From positions 34,348,001 through 34,412,000 of the forward strand of contig JBITNC010000001.1 in assembly GCA_050084985.1 (NCBI GenBank): DNA of 64,000 nucleotides, read 5' to 3'. Every line of letters starts with the position of its first letter. The stretch's first letter is position 1. Below, piece by piece: positions 61,795 to 64,000 of the stretch. The notes beneath the pieces are model-generated. The model saw nothing but the letters and a program-made list of their open reading frames with translations, ran no database searches and had not been told where the DNA came from. The translations under genes were made by a program, and so were the position numbers. The DNA comes from Nageia nagi (lineage: Eukaryota; Plantae; Pinophyta).

Positions 61795-62302
61795 TGTTGA
61801 AATATATAATGCATATATTGTAAAGGTTTGTATTAAATCTTCTATGTAAGTTCATTAATACTTAAGGGTATCATTTTATACCTTAAGTATTTAAGTAAAT
61901 ATGATAATGTAACTTGTCCTACACTCCATGTCATGAGCATGCCCCTTAGGTAAAAGGATGTGCATGTCATGTTTTTGTACATTAGATAAAAGGGTGATCC
62001 AAAGAGGGATTTTGACCTATAAATAGAAGGCTCCCTCTTTGTGATTACAAACTAATTTTGGAATAAAGTTATGCGATAGGATAGAAGTGTAGGAGTTGAG
62101 ATTAGGAGGATTGTAAGAGAGTTGTATTTGTGATTGAAGTAAAGATCTAGTTAGTGAATGTACTCCTAGTTGGAGGAACCACTTACATCTTGTGTTGTGA
62201 GATTGCTTTGTGAGTTTGTTAGATGTTATTGTTAGAGTTCATATGATCTTAGTAGTTTAGGATTGTTCTTGTTATAGTTCAATTCTCTCATTTGGTATCA
62301 GA
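61795..62302 (+). mobile_element. 5' LTR (61795-62290) plus tRNA-iMet PBS of a truncated LTR retroelement
   Basis: TGTTGA...CTCTCA; CCTATAAATAG at ~62016; TGGTATCAGA at 62293-62302. Confidence 0.8.
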
Positions 62303-64000
62303 TCCCCTTGGAGGCTCCTCTTTACATCCTTGGTGTGGAAGCTCGTCTTCTTGGTGTAGAAGTTCCTTTTGTTTCCAACATCTTAGTGATCTTCATTCCT
62401 CATCCTACTCTACTTTGGTGAGGTAAAAGATTTGAAGGTATAATTTCTTATCCTACCTTCAATTTTTTTTCTCATATGGTATTAATATTATTATCATGAT
62501 GATGTGAGTTTAATTTCTTAAAAAGAAACTTACTTCAAAATATCATAATATATTGTTGCCTTTTTTTTACTAACAATTTATTTATAGTTAGTAATCATCT
62601 TTTGATGAATAATTTTAAGTAATAATATATTATGTTATTTTTTATTTTTTTAATATATATATATATATGTATGTATAGATGGGTTTGCAACATTTTGAAG
62701 GAAAAGGACTTTAGTTTGTTTGCAATTTTTTACAAAATGAATACAATATTTTATTTAATATAAAAAGGGGGAGAATTTGTTTTTAATTAATATTTGCAAT
62801 TTACACAAAAAGGAGGGGTCTTGGCTCTATTATTCTTCCCTGGCTTCATTTGAAGGAGAACTCACAACCTTTTTTTAGTCTGCCTCTACCTCCCTTCACC
62901 ATATTGCATTTAGTGAGCCACTGCAAACTTCACTGTTGGATCTTCACCACCCTCTATCAACTCTTGACCAACTAAACCCTCCTCTGAAAAGGTCATTTCC
63001 TGTTCTCTAGCATAGTGATGTTTCTTCCACCACTCATGCGTAGCATGTCCTCCTTGGTCGTGGTTTTATTCTCATGGCCCTTGCATCCCCTTACCTCCTC
63101 CTCTGTTGTCACTTGTGAGCTGTTATTCAAATTAAATCAACCAATCGAGGTTACTTTTTGGGGTTACCATTTTATTTACAAAAAGTGTGGGTGATCACTG
63201 CATGCTTATCATTGATCACTGCATGAGTGAGACTTACCTTTTATTTGCAGAAAGTGTGGGTGATCACTTCATGCTTGTCATTGATCAAGGCTACCATGAG
63301 CCACTTTGACTCAGGGTTAGTAACTCTTAATACTAAGAAGGATTTCTTTCAATTGCAGGGTGATCTACATTCCCTTAGCTGTGTTAAGGTGCCTTCTTTA
63401 ATCTATCATGTGACCCTCCAAAACCCTTTAAGGTTGTCCTCACAACATGGCTTCCTCATGCAACCCTTGGAGCACTTTGTTCTCTCATCATTTTTGACCT
63501 ACCTTTATGGCCTTTGACCCTCTTCCAGCATAGTTCACTCCTTGTTCTCCTCCTCATTTTCACACCTTGGAGGTGCAGGTTCTACTCTTGGCCAATAGAG
63601 GCCACCACCACTCCTGATATTGCCTGTTGCCTTCTCTCTCCTCTAAATTTGAACCCTGCTCCTTCTTTTACAATGCATTACTCCTCTTCCTTGTGTTTTA
63701 ACTCCTTTTTTTTATTCATTTTTGGCAAGTAAAAAAGGAGGGGTACATCTTATTTATTTTGATAGATGATTGTTAAGATATTCTTCTTTCTTGCAAGTTA
63801 TCTCATGCAACTTTGTCAAACTATATTAAATACTATTCCTTGAGTACACAACTTCCTTATCATTTTTTTACTCTTCATTAATTTATTTTTTAAAATCAAT
63901 GATGATTACTTGTTTAAAATGGAAGCATTGAATGAAAATTTTTAAGCATAAGGCATTTTTAGGCATAGAGAATTTAAAATAAATAATATAAATAAATAAA

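Overview
AT-rich, CpG-depleted plant genomic DNA, inferred to be gymnosperm/conifer-like from its very long TE-filled introns and its TE lineages. One intact gene dominates the window: a minus-strand cis-Golgi Qa-SNARE syntaxin of the SYP3/Sed5 family, most like SYP31. Its six coding exons are complement(join(58179..58422, 43182..43432, 34143..34312, 11505..11543, 10418..10615, 9992..10151)), giving 1062 nt and 353 aa with all GT-AG introns (14.7, 8.9, 22.6, 0.9 and 0.27 kb). The introns and flanks are stacks of decayed, nested transposons: Ty1/copia remnants, a Tat-type Ty3/gypsy pol with the extra RNase H before RT, a CRM-like gypsy element, two complete non-autonomous LTR elements, several solo LTRs with TSDs, two hAT-type elements with 8-bp TSDs and LINE-like remnants. 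A split, degenerate 26S rDNA fragment lies in intron 1, and a PLS-type PPR pseudogene lies head-to-head upstream. The most unusual observation is an LTR-like family present twice (1..7097 minus, 17327..21227 plus). Both copies start TGTTGTGACT and carry an array of ~40-48-bp palindromes with variable spacers. One copy also carries a TATA box and a decayed ~1000-codon non-gag/pol ORF between the array and a downstream block shared by both copies. All family assignments rest on motif recognition by eye, and divergence figures are approximate hand counts.
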